Positions 1 to 12,407 are shown, numbered from the stretch's first letter. The stretch: DNA of 64,000 bases from Eledone cirrhosa (GCA_964016885.1 OZ024746.1:78244001-78308000), one strand, 5' to 3'. Translations and numbers: made by a program. Notes: generated from the letters alone by a model not told the origin.

Positions 1-80
1 AGTGCTCCGAATCAGTTATAAACATTTATATATGTTGAATTACCAACAAAGTAAATATCCCTTTTGCTTATATATATATA

Positions 81-640
81 AGTGTCAAACTAACCACGGA
101 GCTCAAGGCAATCCAGCGAAGCTACACCAAGAGGATTGCCACGATGAAGGAGATAAGCTACTGGGAGAGGCTAAAAGAACTGAACCTCTACTCCTTGGAA
201 CAAAGACGGGAGAGAAATGCAGTGATCTACATGTAGAAAATCCTGGAGGGACTAGCATCAAACTTTGGCATTGGGAGCTGGACCAACCATCAAACAGGAC
301 GTCACTGTGTGGTGCCAAAGGTCCCGTCTTCCACATCTAGAATAAGGAGCAGATATTGCAATAGGCTGGGATTCAAGGGCCCTCAACTCTTCAACAAGCT
401 GCCGAGGGATCTGAGAGATCTGCATGGTGTGGAGGTGGATGTCTTCAAGAAACATCTCGACACCTTGTTATCCAGGATCCCGGAGGAGCCCACAGCAAGG
501 CACGAGGGAAACCTAAGGGCAGTAGCAACAAACTCCCTTGCACCAGTGGCCAACCAATACAGGCTGGGGATAAAATGTGTAGCAACAAGGGCGGTGCCCG
601 AGCATGGCCTCAGCCGGATGGCTGGAACAGGTAAAAGAGT
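81..640 (+). mobile_element. 3' end of a CR1-like LINE (RT C-terminal region), 5'-truncated, one in-frame stop
   Basis: Frame from 81 reads SVKLTTELKAIQRSYTKRIATMKEISYWERLKELNLYSLEQRRERNAVIYM*KIL...FKGPQLFNKLPRDLRDLHGVEVDVFKKHLDTLLSRIPEEP...RAVATNSL, matching the SYWERLK.L.LYSLE.RRER and GP.LFN.LP C-terminal pattern of CR1/jockey-group LINEs; flanked by (TA)n. Confidence 0.8.
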
Positions 641-662
641 AAAAGAGAATATATATATATAT

Positions 663-995
663 ATGGAGGCACATGGCTTAGTGGTTAGAGCATTGGCCTT
701 GCAATCGAAAGGTTGTGAGTTCAATTCTCAGACCGGGTGATGTGTTGTTTCCTTGAGCAAGACGCTCTATTTCACATTGCTCCAGTTTACTCAGCTGTAG
801 AAATGAGATGATAGGGACTGGGGTCCCTATCATTCCACTGCAAAGTGGACGTGGAGGTGCCACGGAAAAAAAGCACCCTGCACTCACTGTAAATGAGGTT
901 GGTGTTAGGAAGGGCATCCAGCTGTAGAAATCAAGCCAGAATCAGTTCCCGTCCCACCCTTGCAAGCAGGGAAAAAGCGGACGTAAAATGATGAA
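663..995 (+). mobile_element. tRNA-derived SINE, family S1 (full length) with RTE-type tail
   Basis: Box A TGGCTTAGTGG, box B GAGTTCAATTC, body ...AGGAAGGGCATCCAGCTGTAG..., tail GTCCCACCCTTGCAAGCAGGGAAAAAGCGGACGTAAAATGATG; near-identical copies at 22001 and 47100. Confidence 0.9.
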
Positions 996-1009
996 GAAGA
1001 AGAAGAATC

Positions 1010-1290
1010 ATCATCATCATTGTTTTTACATCCATTTTTGCGCAGGTTGGATAGGTCATTTTCATTACAACATATCTCCACTCGTCATGGAAGTTGAGTT
1101 TCAGCAATTTGAGATCAGTTGCCACCACCTCTGCCCATATCTCCCTTGGTCTATCTCTACTATGGCTTCCTACCACTGGGATTTCCTGGCACTTCTTCAC
1201 CTGGCGATCATCATCTATGCACATCACTTATCTGTACCAACACAGTCCTCTCTCTTGCACACACCACTTGATTACTCTCCAGCCTACTAC
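1010..1290 (-). mobile_element. RTE LINE 3' fragment (family B), degenerate
   Basis: Minus ORF DDDRQVKKCQEIPVVGSHSRDRPREIWAEVVATDLKLLKL aligns by eye to the copy at 46024-46566; (ATG)n tail. Confidence 0.75.
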
Positions 1291-1977
1291 ACATCTCCTC
1301 TGAAGTCACTACCCATGTTTCACTACCATTCTTACTCAGATTTGAGCTTAGGCCAACAGGAAAGATAGCGTTGTCGTAAGATTTGTTTGAGGGAGAGGGC
1401 AGTGGCATTTGGAACTTAACAACAAGCTTTGAAGCATATATTTATTTAACCTCTATCATCATGGTAGAAATATGATGGTGGTGATGGTGATGGTGATGGT
1501 TGTGGTGGAGGTGGTGCTAATGATGATGAAGATTATGGTGGTAGTGGTGATGAAGATGATGGCAGTAGGGGTGGTGGTGATTATGATGACAATGAGGATT
1601 ATGAGAAGCAAACATTTCTCTAGTTTTCCTTTCATTTTCTTGTTTGTGTATGTGTGTGTGTGTATGTGTATGTGCGTGTTTTTATTTTAAATTTTATAGT
1701 GATGGCGGTGGTGGGGATATATCATTTCATCTTTTAAAAAAATAAACGGTTTATTTAATTTTCATTTATTTAATATCAATTTTCTTATATTTATTCTTAG
1801 TTTTTCCAATTATCACTCCCACTCACCAAAACACCTCCCTCCACAAACCAACACACCGCCCCCACCAACAACCCCTCTCCCCCACCCAGTATTCCCAGAC
1901 GGTTCTGTTTCTACTTTTACTTTCACTTCTGAATTAGTCTATTCATCATTTTATTGTTGACATTATTCCATTATTAT

Positions 1978-2335
1978 TAATAGAAGTGCTTTCTTCCCAG
2001 CATTTTGTTGAAAGATGGGTGAGAGAAGCAAGAATGGCCCGAGTGAATGGGCCTACTCTGAGTATGTGTCTGTAAATTAAAGGTGGAAAACTGGGAGAGG
2101 GCACTTGCCCTGGTGGTCAGGGTCACTGTGGCCTTTTAATGGGCTTTCTCCACAAATGTCCCTTGGAAGTCTGCCCCCTATTGGGGAATTTTTCATTGTT
2201 ACTTTTTGTTACATCCCCTGTTTTTGTTTTTTACACGCAGAAATGCCCATTTGTACCATCCTGTGTTGTCCTGTACTGTCTTTAATGTCTACTTTATGTA
2301 AACCCTTGTGGTTAATAAAGATAGCATTATTATTG
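1978..2335 (+). mobile_element. 3' end of an L1/Tx1-like LINE with 3'UTR and polyadenylation signal
   Basis: Short coding end IEVLSSQHFVERWVREARMARVNGPTLSMCL*, then UTR ending CCCTTGTGGTTAATAAAG plus a (TTA/TTG)n tail; a similar terminal fragment CCCCTGTGGCAAATAAAG lies near 5530. Confidence 0.5.
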
Positions 2336-2382
2336 TTGTTGTTGTTGTTGTTACTATTATTTGCTATTATTACTTTATTATT

Positions 2383-3186
2383 AAGGGCAGTGAATTGGCA
2401 GCATTGGTAGAGGGTCAGACATGCTTTCCAGCGTAGTTATGGCCCTTTATGACCTGAGTTCAAATCCCGCCGAGGTTAACTTTGCCTTTCATCCTTACGG
2501 GGTCGATAAAATAAAGTACCAGTAATGCACTGGGTATTTGCTGGCCTTGTGCCAAAAGTAGAAACAATTATTAAGGGCGGTGGATTGGCAGTATCGGTAG
2601 AGGATCTGACGCCATGATTTGCAGCATAGAGTTACGGCCCTTTGCTTTCAGAGTTCAAATCCCGCCGAGGTTAACTTTTCCTTTCATCCTTACAGGGGGG
2701 GGGGGGGTCGATAAAATAAAGTACCAGTAATACACTGAAATAATTGCTGGCCTTGTGCCTAAAGTAGAAACAATTATTATTATTATTATGTAAAAATCAT
2801 CATCATTGTTATGTAAAACAATCTTCATTATTATCATCATCATCATAAAATAAAGTACCAGTAATGCACTGGGTAATTGCTGGCCTTGTGCCAAATGTAG
2901 AAACAATTATTATCATCATTATCATTACATCATTATGAAGGGGGCGGTGGATTGGCAGTATCGGTAGAGAGTCGGAGACCATGCTTTGCAGCATGGAGTT
3001 ACGTCCCTTTACGGTCTGAGTTCAAATCCCCACCGAGGTTAACTTTGCCTTTCATCCTTACGGTGGAGTAGGGGGGGGGTTTCGATAAAATAAAGTACCA
3101 GTAATACACTGGGGTAAATTTAATCAACGTTCCCCTCTCCCCTCCCCCCTTCCAAATTGCTGGCCTTGTGCCTATATAAGAAACCA
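2383..3186 (+). mobile_element. Cluster of three tRNA-derived SINEs of family S2 plus a tail fragment
   Basis: Each copy has GGCGGTGGATTGGCAGTATCGGTAGAG (box A), GAGTTCAAATCC (box B), a central CTTTGCCTTTCATCCTTACGGGGTCGATAAAATAAAGTACCAG (resembling the Meta/MESC-type SINE core) and tail GGCCTTGTGCCAAAAGTAGAAAC(ATT)n; copies ~2383-2570, 2573-2776, 2942-3186. Confidence 0.85.
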
Positions 3187-3204
3187 TTATCATTGTTGTT
3201 ATTA

Positions 3205-3862
3205 CTATTATTATTATTATTATGTAAAAATCTTCATCATCATCATCATCTGTATTATCATTACATATTTCTTTGTTATTGTAGAATTGTTTACACTATT
3301 ATTATTATTATTATTATGTAAAAATCTTCATCATCATCATCATCTGTATTATCATTACATATTTCTTTGTTATTGTAGAATTGTTTACACTATTATTATT
3401 ATTATTATTATGTAAAAATCTTCATCATCATCATCATCTGTATTATCATTACATATTTCTTTGTTATTGTAGAATTGTTTACACTATTATTATTATTATT
3501 ATTATGTAAAAATCTTCATCATCATCATCATCTGTATTATCATTACATATTTCTTTGTTATTGTAGAATTGTTTACACTATTATTATTATTATTATTATG
3601 TAAAAATCTTCATCATCATCATCATCTGTATTATCATTACATATTTCTTTGTTATTGTAGAATTGTTTACACTATTATTATTATTATTATTATGTAAAAA
3701 TCTTCATCATCATCATCATCTGTATTATCATTACATATTATCATTGTTATTGTAGAATTGTTTACACTATTATTATTATTATTATTATGTAAAAATCTTC
3801 ATCATCATCATCATCTGTATTATCATTACATATTATCATTGTTATTGTAGAATTGTTTACAC
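3205..3862. repeat. 94-bp tandem repeat, ~7 near-identical copies
   Basis: ATGTAAAAATCTTC recurs at 3222, 3316, 3410, 3504, 3598, 3692 and ~3788. Confidence 0.95.
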
Positions 3863-4099
3863 AAGCCATTTAAGTTTGATATTTATTATTTGCTATGGCT
3901 CCTATCATTTCATTTTTTTTTTCCCCTCTCTTTAAAAAAAACAATAATAATAACAACAACAAAAATATTGTTTAAATAAAAAAAAAAATCAAATGAAAAA
4001 TAATAATAATAATAATAATAATAATAATTTATCCCTCATCCCAGCAGACACGAAGCTGTATATAAGTTGTTCGGTTTTAAAATACATCAAAAGATGTTT

Positions 4100-4186
4100 G
4101 TGTATATATGTATATGTATATATATATATGTATATATATGTATATATGTATGTATATGTATGTATGTATGTATGTATATATGTATG

Positions 4187-4233
<47 letters not shown>

Positions 4234-4262
4234 GTATGTATGTATATATGTATGTATATGTT

Positions 4263-4300
<38 letters not shown>

Positions 4301-4337
4301 TGTATATATATGTATGTATGTATATATGTATGTATAT

Positions 4338-4377
<40 letters not shown>

Positions 4378-4391
4378 ATATACATACATAT

Positions 4392-4448
<57 letters not shown>

Positions 4449-4578
4449 TACACAATATATGTATACATGTGTGTAACATATATATATATGTATATATATA
4501 TATATGCATACACACATATATGTATTTATGTGTGTAATATATATATATATGCATCCTCATATATATGTATATGTGTGT

Positions 4579-4631
<53 letters not shown>

Positions 4632-4810
4632 ATATATATGCATCCACACATATGTATATACACACGCACACGCACATATATGTAAATATTTGTTATACAC
4701 TGTATTTGTGTGTGGGTGTGTGTGTGTGTGTATAATATATATACACATGCACACACACACCCATACATATATACACACACATACATATGTGTATTATATA
4801 TATATATTTG
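4100..4810. repeat. (TA)n/(TATG)n/(CA)n compound microsatellite, representative of many such tracts in the window (e.g. 13190-14280, 27100-27850, 54480-55070)
   Basis: Direct reading; explains the YIYI/CVCV ORFs. Confidence 0.95.
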
Positions 4811-4988
4811 GGGCTATGTGTGTCTATTTTTATATTTAAAAAAAAGGGAATTAAAAGTAAATTGTTCATTTAGCCCGTAGCTTACTAATCTTGCTTTAGT
4901 CAAAGAGTTACATTATTCAAACACCAGCTCTATGAATTTTTGAACAGGATGATGTGGATGGGATCGGTGTGTCACACATTACAGATAC

Positions 4989-5058
<70 letters not shown>

Positions 5059-5709
5059 ACTTTCTTTCTCTCTCTCTCTCTCTACATATATATATATATT
5101 TACCCCTCTCTTCTTCTTTTCCCCTATCTTTCTCCCCTCTTTCTCCCCTTTCTCCCCTTTCTCTTTTTTCCTTTCTTCCTCTCTTTCTTTCTCCCTCCAC
5201 CCCCTCTCTTTCTCACCCCTCACTTTTTTTCTTTCCCTCCCCCTCTCTCTTTGTATTTGTGTTGTATAAATTCTTCATCTTTTTCGGAGTGGTGGTGGTG
5301 GTGGTGGTGGTGGTGGTGGTGAGGATTCTGTGTTATTACATGTCTTTCTTATATTATGTGTCTATATATATATAGTTTTATCATCATGATCATCATCATC
5401 CAAGAAATATTTGTTATTTTATATTTGTACACATAAAACTATCACCACCACTGCCGCCACCACCACCACCACCACCACCACCACCACCCTATTGCGTTTG
5501 TATCTGTTTGTGTTTCTCTAATCATCTTTGTGCCCCTGTGGCAAATAAAGAAATTGTTGTTATTAGTAGTAGTATCACAATACAAAGACGACATCCTTAC
5601 GGGGTCGATAAAATAAAGTACCAGTAATGCACTGGGTAATTGCTGGCCTTGTGCCTAACGTAGAAACAATTATTATCTCTATTGTTGGTTGTTTTTTTAT
5701 CAGTCCCTT

Positions 5710-5743
<34 letters not shown>

Positions 5744-5785
5744 TATATACATATATATATATACACACACACATATATATATATA

Positions 5786-6270
5786 TCATCATCATCACCG
5801 TTTTACGTCTGTTCTTCCATGCTAGCATGGGTTAGACTAGACGGGTTGTCCTGTTGTGGGCAGGACAACTCGTCTAACCCATGCCTTGCTCATACAGGAA
5901 CTGATTTTGGCTTGATTTCTACAGCTGGATGCCCTTCCTAACACCAACCTCATTTACAGTGAGTGCTGGGTGCTTTTTTCCGTGGCGCCTACACGTCCAC
6001 TTTACAGTTTGGGCTGGGTGCTTTTTTGCTGTGGCACCTCCACGACCACCTTGCAGTGGGAGGGGAAGGGGGCATATTGTCTATATGCTTCAGCTTGTAC
6101 CCATGGGAGGTCGGGTACTCTGTATTACTGCGTGACGCCAGAGGTCACGGCCGTGTGTCATCGCCTTTGAGAGGTGTAATTGGGTAAGGTCGGCTTTTAT
6201 CACCTCATCCCAGGTCTTGTTGGGTCTCCCGACTCCGCGGTTTCCATTGACTTCTAGTGCTCTGCACCAT
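5786..6270 (-). mobile_element. RTE LINE 3' end, family A (ORF end plus long modular 3'UTR)
   Basis: Minus ORF end CRALEVNGNRGVGRPNKTWDEVIKADLTQLHLSKAMTHGRDLWRHAVIQSTRPPMGTS*, then UTR ending CCCATGCTAGCATGGAAGAACAGACGTAAAACGGT(GAT)n; longer copy at 50540-51205. Confidence 0.85.
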
Positions 6271-6283
6271 ATATATTTGCATA

Positions 6284-6316
<33 letters not shown>

Positions 6317-6521
6317 TATAAATACACACACACATATATATATATTGTTATACTTGGGGAGGGTCATATTGTTGTAATACTATTGCCAGAAATAATAACA
6401 GAACGAACTCACTGTTTGGTTGGTTTTAGCTTCTGTATCTTTTATATCTCCACAGTTAATTCATTTGGCCATCAATGTTTATCACTGACTGACCAACGGT
6501 CAAAAATACAGATATAAAGTC

Positions 6522-6565
6522 TAACAAAGTTCTTTCGTTGCACATCTGCAACATCATCAGTGGTA
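6522..6565 (-). ncRNA. Minimal type I hammerhead ribozyme motif (PLE-type), stem I imperfect
   Basis: Minus strand TACCA-CTGATGA-T-GTTGCA(GATG)TGCAAC-GAAA-G(AA)C-TT-TGTTA: 6-bp stem II, intact core boxes, very short stem III, one mismatch in stem I. Confidence 0.65.
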
Positions 6566-7689
6566 CTATTATCATGTTTCCCCTGCTGTATTGTAATGTC
6601 TACACCATTTTTATTTTACCTATTTATTTATTTATTTATTTTACCTATTTATTTATTTATTTATTTATTTTTGTCTTCTTCTCTGCACATGCGTTTGCAT
6701 GTGTGTATAGTGCTTGGTGTGTGTGTGTTCAAGTTTGGGTGACTGTGTTTTAGTTATTGTATTCTATCTTAGTTTATTAGTGTGTGTTTATATGTGTTTG
6801 TTGTTATTGTGCTTGTGTATATATTTATTTATATATATATTTCCTTTTAAGTTTAGAAACATAATGCAATTTTTATTCTTTTTCCAATTTTTTCTTCTTT
6901 TTCTTCTTTCAAGATTAATTCCCCTTGAAAAAAAAAATGTAAATCCCATCACAACACCAAATTTCACAATTATTAACTCTCTTGATATCAAACCACTTGA
7001 AATTGCCGCTGGTTCTATTTACAAAACTGTTTATTTAAACATTTTTATATTTATCTAAAAGCATTCCATCATAATTTTATGTAAGAACATTTCATAAGTT
7101 AGGTTTCCAAATTCTTCATTATTTGAAAATCACAGTAACAATCTTTCATTAGAAATATGGAAATGAAAGGGTAATGCTTGGTGTGAAATTCTGTGTGTTC
7201 GTGTTCATTGTATGATAAATTTGTGTGCCCCAATGCAGATGACCATAATAATAGTCAATCACTATAAATAGTAGTTGAGCTAAGTTCCCTCTGGTGAGGG
7301 GAAAATGTGAGAGAAGGTATCAAAAGGGTTAAACTGCAACTTGACATGTATTGCCTTTTCCAGCCCAAAGCCTACATTTCTTTATCAAAATCCATTTGTC
7401 ATTTCTAATGAAGTTTGCAAGGGCATTCAGCTGAAGAAATCCTGCCAAAACCGGAATGTATGTATGTGAGACATGGACCTCGACCCGTCTTAGAGGACAG
7501 TAGCTCCAATTAAGTACTGACTTAGTCTGTAATGATCCATGAAGCTCATTATAACATGACAAATCTTCATTGTTGTCATCATCATAATTTTACACCCACT
7601 TTCTATACTGGCATGGGTCTGACTGGTTGTCATGATCAGAGAGCAGGCAGGGTGGTGTGACCTTATCTCATTTATACCTTTTATATTTC

Positions 7690-7900
7690 TTTAAAAGTCA
7701 GTGCTTATCCTGGCTCCCTTGGCATTAAGCGACTGAGAGTACAAGATACCTTCTAGACAGGATGCCAGTCCGCCACAGGGTTAAACCCTCAGTTCATTCT
7801 TTACTCATTTTCAGCTGAATATACTGAAGCAATGTGAAATGAAGTGTTTTGCTGAAATACACAACACAGCTCAGTGCAGAAATGAACTCACAAACTAATG
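7690..7900 (-). mobile_element. Degenerate SINE (different family)
   Basis: GCAATGTGAAATGAAGTGTTTTGCT is the reverse complement of the S1 post-tRNA segment, followed by a different body. Confidence 0.45.
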
Positions 7901-8184
7901 TTTGTAAGTTCAGTACTAGACCATGTGTCTTTACCTTCCGTATTTGACAAGGTTTTTGTAACTGGATCTCCTTTCTAATTCCAACCACCTGACAGGGTCT
8001 ACTAGGTGCGTTTTATCATGGCAGTAATACTACAACTTTACAGAATGTACTAGGGGAATTTTCTTGTGGCAGCCACACTAACACTTTACAGAGTGCACTG
8101 GGTACATTTTATCCTGGCACCAGCGCTAGAGAGGTTGCCAGGGGGTGGGGGAACGGCCTAATATAACGATGGTGATATAAAAAT

Positions 8185-8465
8185 GAAAATAATGAAATTA
8201 TTGTGTACAGTGCACAGGTGCACTACAATTCATCAAAGGTGCATGTATAGTACATAGAATAATGTACAAATGTGAGGAAACTGAACAGTGTATGAGTCAT
8301 GATATACATGTGTGCGTATGTATGGAGGTTGGGGGGGGGGGTATCAGGTGCAGTGTTGGCGAATTTCAGGAATGATGATAACTTTGGTGTTCTATTGGGT
8401 GATATCCAGACAAGTCTCACTGTCTGAGGTGTCAATTCGAAATCGAGGTCTATTGTGATTTAAAG
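8185..8465 (-). mobile_element. Degenerate LINE 3' end (CR1/L2-like)
   Basis: Minus-strand coding remnant LVWISPNRTPKLSSFLKFAN followed by GTGCACCTGTGCACTGTACACAATAATTTCATTATT terminus. Confidence 0.4.
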
Positions 8466-8924
8466 CTCTAATATAAAAAAAAAAAATAGAGTCTGGAAGG
8501 GTTTGGCGACAGTTGTGATGAAGCCGGGTTTGAGGCGGTGTTTATTTATTTGTTTGTTAGTGTGTGTCCGTGTTTGTTGCCATTTGTGCAAGGGTTTTCT
8601 AAACGGATATTGATGGTCTCTGTAACTATCGCAACAACAACAACACCACCAACAACAACAGCAGTAGCTCATTACTTGATCAATTACTGATGGTTTGATA
8701 GAATTAATTTCATTATTATTAGAAAGCGTTCTGTAAAAATAAAGATAATTCGTGAGATTAAATTATATTGAACTAATTTTCATATCCTCCTATTGACAGT
8801 GGAGTAAAATATTTATCTTGATTCAATCTAATATAACTGATTAAGAGATTTTTAAGAGTGTGTGTGTGTGTGTGTGTCTCTGTGTGTGTGTGTTCACCCA
8901 CATGCATAAATGCATGTGCATCTG

Positions 8925-8969
<45 letters not shown>

Positions 8970-9024
8970 ATGTGTGTGTATATATATATATATGTATGTA
9001 TGTGTATGTATATATATGTGTGTG

Positions 9025-9055
<31 letters not shown>

Positions 9056-9142
9056 ATATGCATATATGTGTGTGTATATATATATGTGTGTGTGTGTGTA
9101 TATGCATATATGTGTGTGTATATATATATGTGTGTGCGTGTG

Positions 9143-9175
<33 letters not shown>

Positions 9176-9281
9176 ATATGTGTATATACGCATATGATGT
9201 TTATATTTAACTTGTAACTCTGATCTCTTTTGTTGACTTACTCGCTCGATGATTTCTTCTCCTTTCATTTTCTTTTATTTC

Positions 9282-9330
<49 letters not shown>

Positions 9331-9569
9331 GTTATTACTCATTTATTCTCTTTCCCTCCCTCCTTCCAAACATCTTTAATTGATAAAAGATTAATTTTTC
9401 ATCGTTATCGAAAGATTCCATAATATACAGCCATCTGCATACAAATTAAACCTCCTCTTCCCCCCACCACCACCACCACCATTATCCCCACCACCACCAT
9501 TATCCCCACCACCATCATCATCCCCACCACCATCACTATCACTCACTCTCTCTTTCATCACCGTGCAAT

Positions 9570-10035
9570 CTAATATAAAACAGTTTCTCACCCCGTCTTT
9601 TTCTCTCTCTCTCTAATTTAAAACAGTTCCCTCATTTATCGTCCTCTCTCTCTCTCTTTCATTCGCTCTCTCACTCTCTCTCTCTCTTTGCAATATAAGA
9701 CAGTTCCCTCATTTGTCTCTCTCTTTCTCTCATTCTCACTCTCTCCAATATAAAACAGTTCCCTCATTTGTCACCCTATCTCTCTCTCTCTCTCTCTCCC
9801 CACTGTCCCACTCCAATATAAAACAGTTCTCTCATTTGTCACATGCCCCTCTCTCTCTCCCTCCTCTCTCATTCTCTCTCTCTCTCTCAAATATAAAACA
9901 GTTCCCTCATTTGTCATCCCCTCTCTCACTCTTCCATTCTCTCCCTCTCTCTCCCCTTCTCTCATTCTCTCCCTCTCTCTCCCCCTCTCTCATTCTCTCT
10001 CTCTCCAATATAAAACAGTTCCCTCATTTGTCACC
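9570..10035. repeat. Composite minisatellite: ~27-bp conserved unit separated by variable (CT)n-rich linkers, 7 units
   Basis: CAATATAAAACAGTTCCCTCATTTGTC (with variants) at ~9571, 9614, 9691, 9746, 9814, 9888, 10006. Confidence 0.85.
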
Positions 10036-10236
10036 TTCTTAAAATTCAACCAAAGAAACATGCACACCTAGAAGACAAATTTTAATCTCATCTCAGATGT
10101 CAATTAAGAATTATTTTCTACTGAGACACCAAGAAACGTCAGAGGAATGTGTGATATGGAAATGATGAAAGAAATCATGGAACTGTTTCAGTGTGAAATG
10201 AAAAATGGCAAGTTAAGGTGCTGGTTCCGGGTTTCA

Positions 10237-11290
10237 TTAACCCTTTAGATATCAAACTGCCTTAAACCAGCCGCTGGTTCTATGATACTCTGACCTGTTT
10301 ATTTTAAAATGTTCATATTTATCAAAAAATCTTTGATGATAATTCTATGTAAGAACCTTCATTAACCATTTTCATACCATGTAGCCATAAATCAGCCCCA
10401 GGTTCCATGATACACTAAGCTGTATATTTTGAATTGTTTATATTTATCAAAAAATCTTCTATGATAATTCTATGCAAGAACCTTCATTAACTATTTTGAT
10501 ATCAAACTGCCTTAACCCTTTAACATTTAAACCGGCTGTAACAGACCAGACTTCTCTCACTACTTTCTGTTCAAACCAGCTGTAACCGGCCACTCATACT
10601 GATGTTAAGATATTGTTCTCAAAATAAATAATAATATATTATGTGAAGTAAAGTCTTTACTGTGAAACTACAACAGTAAATATAGAGTAATGTAAATGCT
10701 AAAGGGTTAAACCAGACCCTGGTTCTATGATATACTAAGCTGTTTATTTTAAAGTGTTTATATTTATCAACAAATCTTCTATTATAATTCTATGTAAGAA
10801 CCTTCATTAACCATTTTCATACCATGTAGCCTTAAATCAGCCCCAGGTTCCATGATACTAAGCTGTATATTTTGAATTGTTTATATTTATCAAAAAAATC
10901 TATGATAATTCTATGTATGAACCTTCGTTAACTCTTGATGCCATACCTATTCTAAATTCTGCTTCAAACACCAGCTTAATAATGAGAAAGTTAGTTATAT
11001 TACTAAATCCCTTTAAATTCTTGATTATTTTCAAAATTATTTGAAAATTATAGACAGTGCCTTTCATTAGAAATATGGTAATGAAAGAGTTAGCTATTTT
11101 CATACCGAACCACCTGAAACTGTTCCTGGTTCCATGATATAAAGTTGTTTATTTTATCTAAAAACCTTTTGTCATAATTATTTGTAACATCCTTTGTTAA
11201 GTTATGCTCCAAACACCAGATGAATAATGAGAAAGTTATATTACTAAATCCTTCCAAATTCTTGATTATCTTCAAAATTATTTGATATGA
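10237..11290. repeat. Tandemly duplicated MITE-derived units (TTAACC...GATATCAAACTGCC / CATACCATGTAGCC family)
   Basis: Repeated GGTTC(C/T)ATGATAC...GTTTATATTTATCAAAAAATC...ATAATTCTATGTAAGAACCTTCATTAAC units; related fragments near 6975-7150 and 56430-56580. Confidence 0.7.
10512..10710 (+). mobile_element. piggyBac-type MITE (TTAA target, CCCTTTAGCATTTA terminal inverted repeats)
   Basis: TTAA-CCCTTTAACATTTA...TAAATGCTAAAGGG-TTAA; the paralogous unit at 10251-10275 has a single TTAA at the same site. Confidence 0.9.
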
Positions 11291-11673
11291 TATCACCATA
11301 GTGATAACTAACTACACATCAAGTGACACTTTCTTGCCAATATTCCCAGTTTGTTGCCATCTGTTGTTGCCAGCTCGTGTGTTTGATACTCAAGACACCA
11401 TTCCTCAACCGAGACATTTTATATTCAGAAAACTTGTTTGTGATGGAAGGCATACATGAATCAATGTTCCACTCTATAATGTGTCTGAGGAGGCTAGCAG
11501 ATTGAACAGGGTTAACGAGATTAGAAACAGGTAGTGACTTAACCACTACCATGCTAGTCAATACATCGATCTACATCAATCAATTGACCTTCTGAAATGA
11601 TTGTAAAACAATGAACTAACTATCTACCTTCATATGACTTCTCTTTTTATTATTCTATGCACAAACACATATA

Positions 11674-11728
<55 letters not shown>

Positions 11729-11729
11729 T

Positions 11730-12145
11730 TATCATCATCATCATCATCATAAGTCCGCCTTTCCTTGCTTGCAAGGGTGGGATGGGTCTTTTTCAGCACA
11801 GCATCTCTCCATTCATCACAGTTCTTCATCATCTTCTCTGTGAGCTTCAGCAATCTGAGGTCAGCTCTCACCACTTCTGCCCATGATTATTTTCGTGGGT
11901 TTCCTCTACAGCGTCTTCCTTCCACCAGGATTTCTTGGCACTTTTTCACCCAGTGGTCATCTTCCATGTGCATCACATGGCCATACCAGTGTAGTCTTCT
12001 CTCCCACACATTACAGTTTATCCCTCTTATACACAGTTTCACTCTCAACTCGTCTATGCTTGGTCACTCACACACATTGACATTGCACATCCATCGGAGC
12101 ATGCTTGCTTCATTTCTCTCCAGCCATCGCATATCCTTCGCAGTT
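11730..12145 (-). mobile_element. RTE LINE 3' fragment (family B)
   Basis: Minus strand ...RADLRLLKLTEKMMKNCDEWRDAVLKKTHPTLASKERRT, tail CCCACCCTTGCAAGCAAGGAAAGGCGGAC(TGA)n; homologous to 46010-46575. Confidence 0.85.
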
Positions 12146-12203
12146 ATGTTTTTGCATTGATATCACTTTCCCAGCTATTCAACATCTGATTTTCGGTGAT
12201 ATA

Positions 12204-12257
<54 letters not shown>

Positions 12258-12284
12258 ATCTTTCTATTCTTTAATTTTTCATTC

Positions 12285-12325
12285 TATTTTCTAATGAAGG
12301 ACTAGCGTCCGAGACGTTAAGACAC
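12285..12325 (+). ncRNA. Degenerate PLE-type minimal hammerhead remnant
   Basis: CTAATGA-A-GGAC(TAGC)GTCC-GAGAC-GTTA; stem II perfect, both core boxes mutated; sister copy on the minus strand at ~56260-56292. Confidence 0.5.
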
Positions 12326-12407
12326 TTTTCCTACTACATCAAGCTTCAAACTAATAATATATTTCTTGATTGTACTATGTCATTTGCCTTTTGCATACAT
12401 ATACATA

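Noticed and set aside
663-740. tRNA gene
   Set aside because: A and B boxes are present but there is no complete acceptor stem, and the sequence continues into a multi-copy SINE body.
678-917. Recurring small ORF MPFLTPTSFTVSAGCFF (also 5929, 22016, 34066, 47115, 60559)
   Set aside because: Antisense translation of the shared SINE/RTE UTR module; frames diverge between copies.
7400-7460. CTAATGA / CTGAAGA ... AAAACCGGAATG as a decayed hammerhead
   Set aside because: Needs several assumed mutations and lacks an NUH triplet; not supportable.
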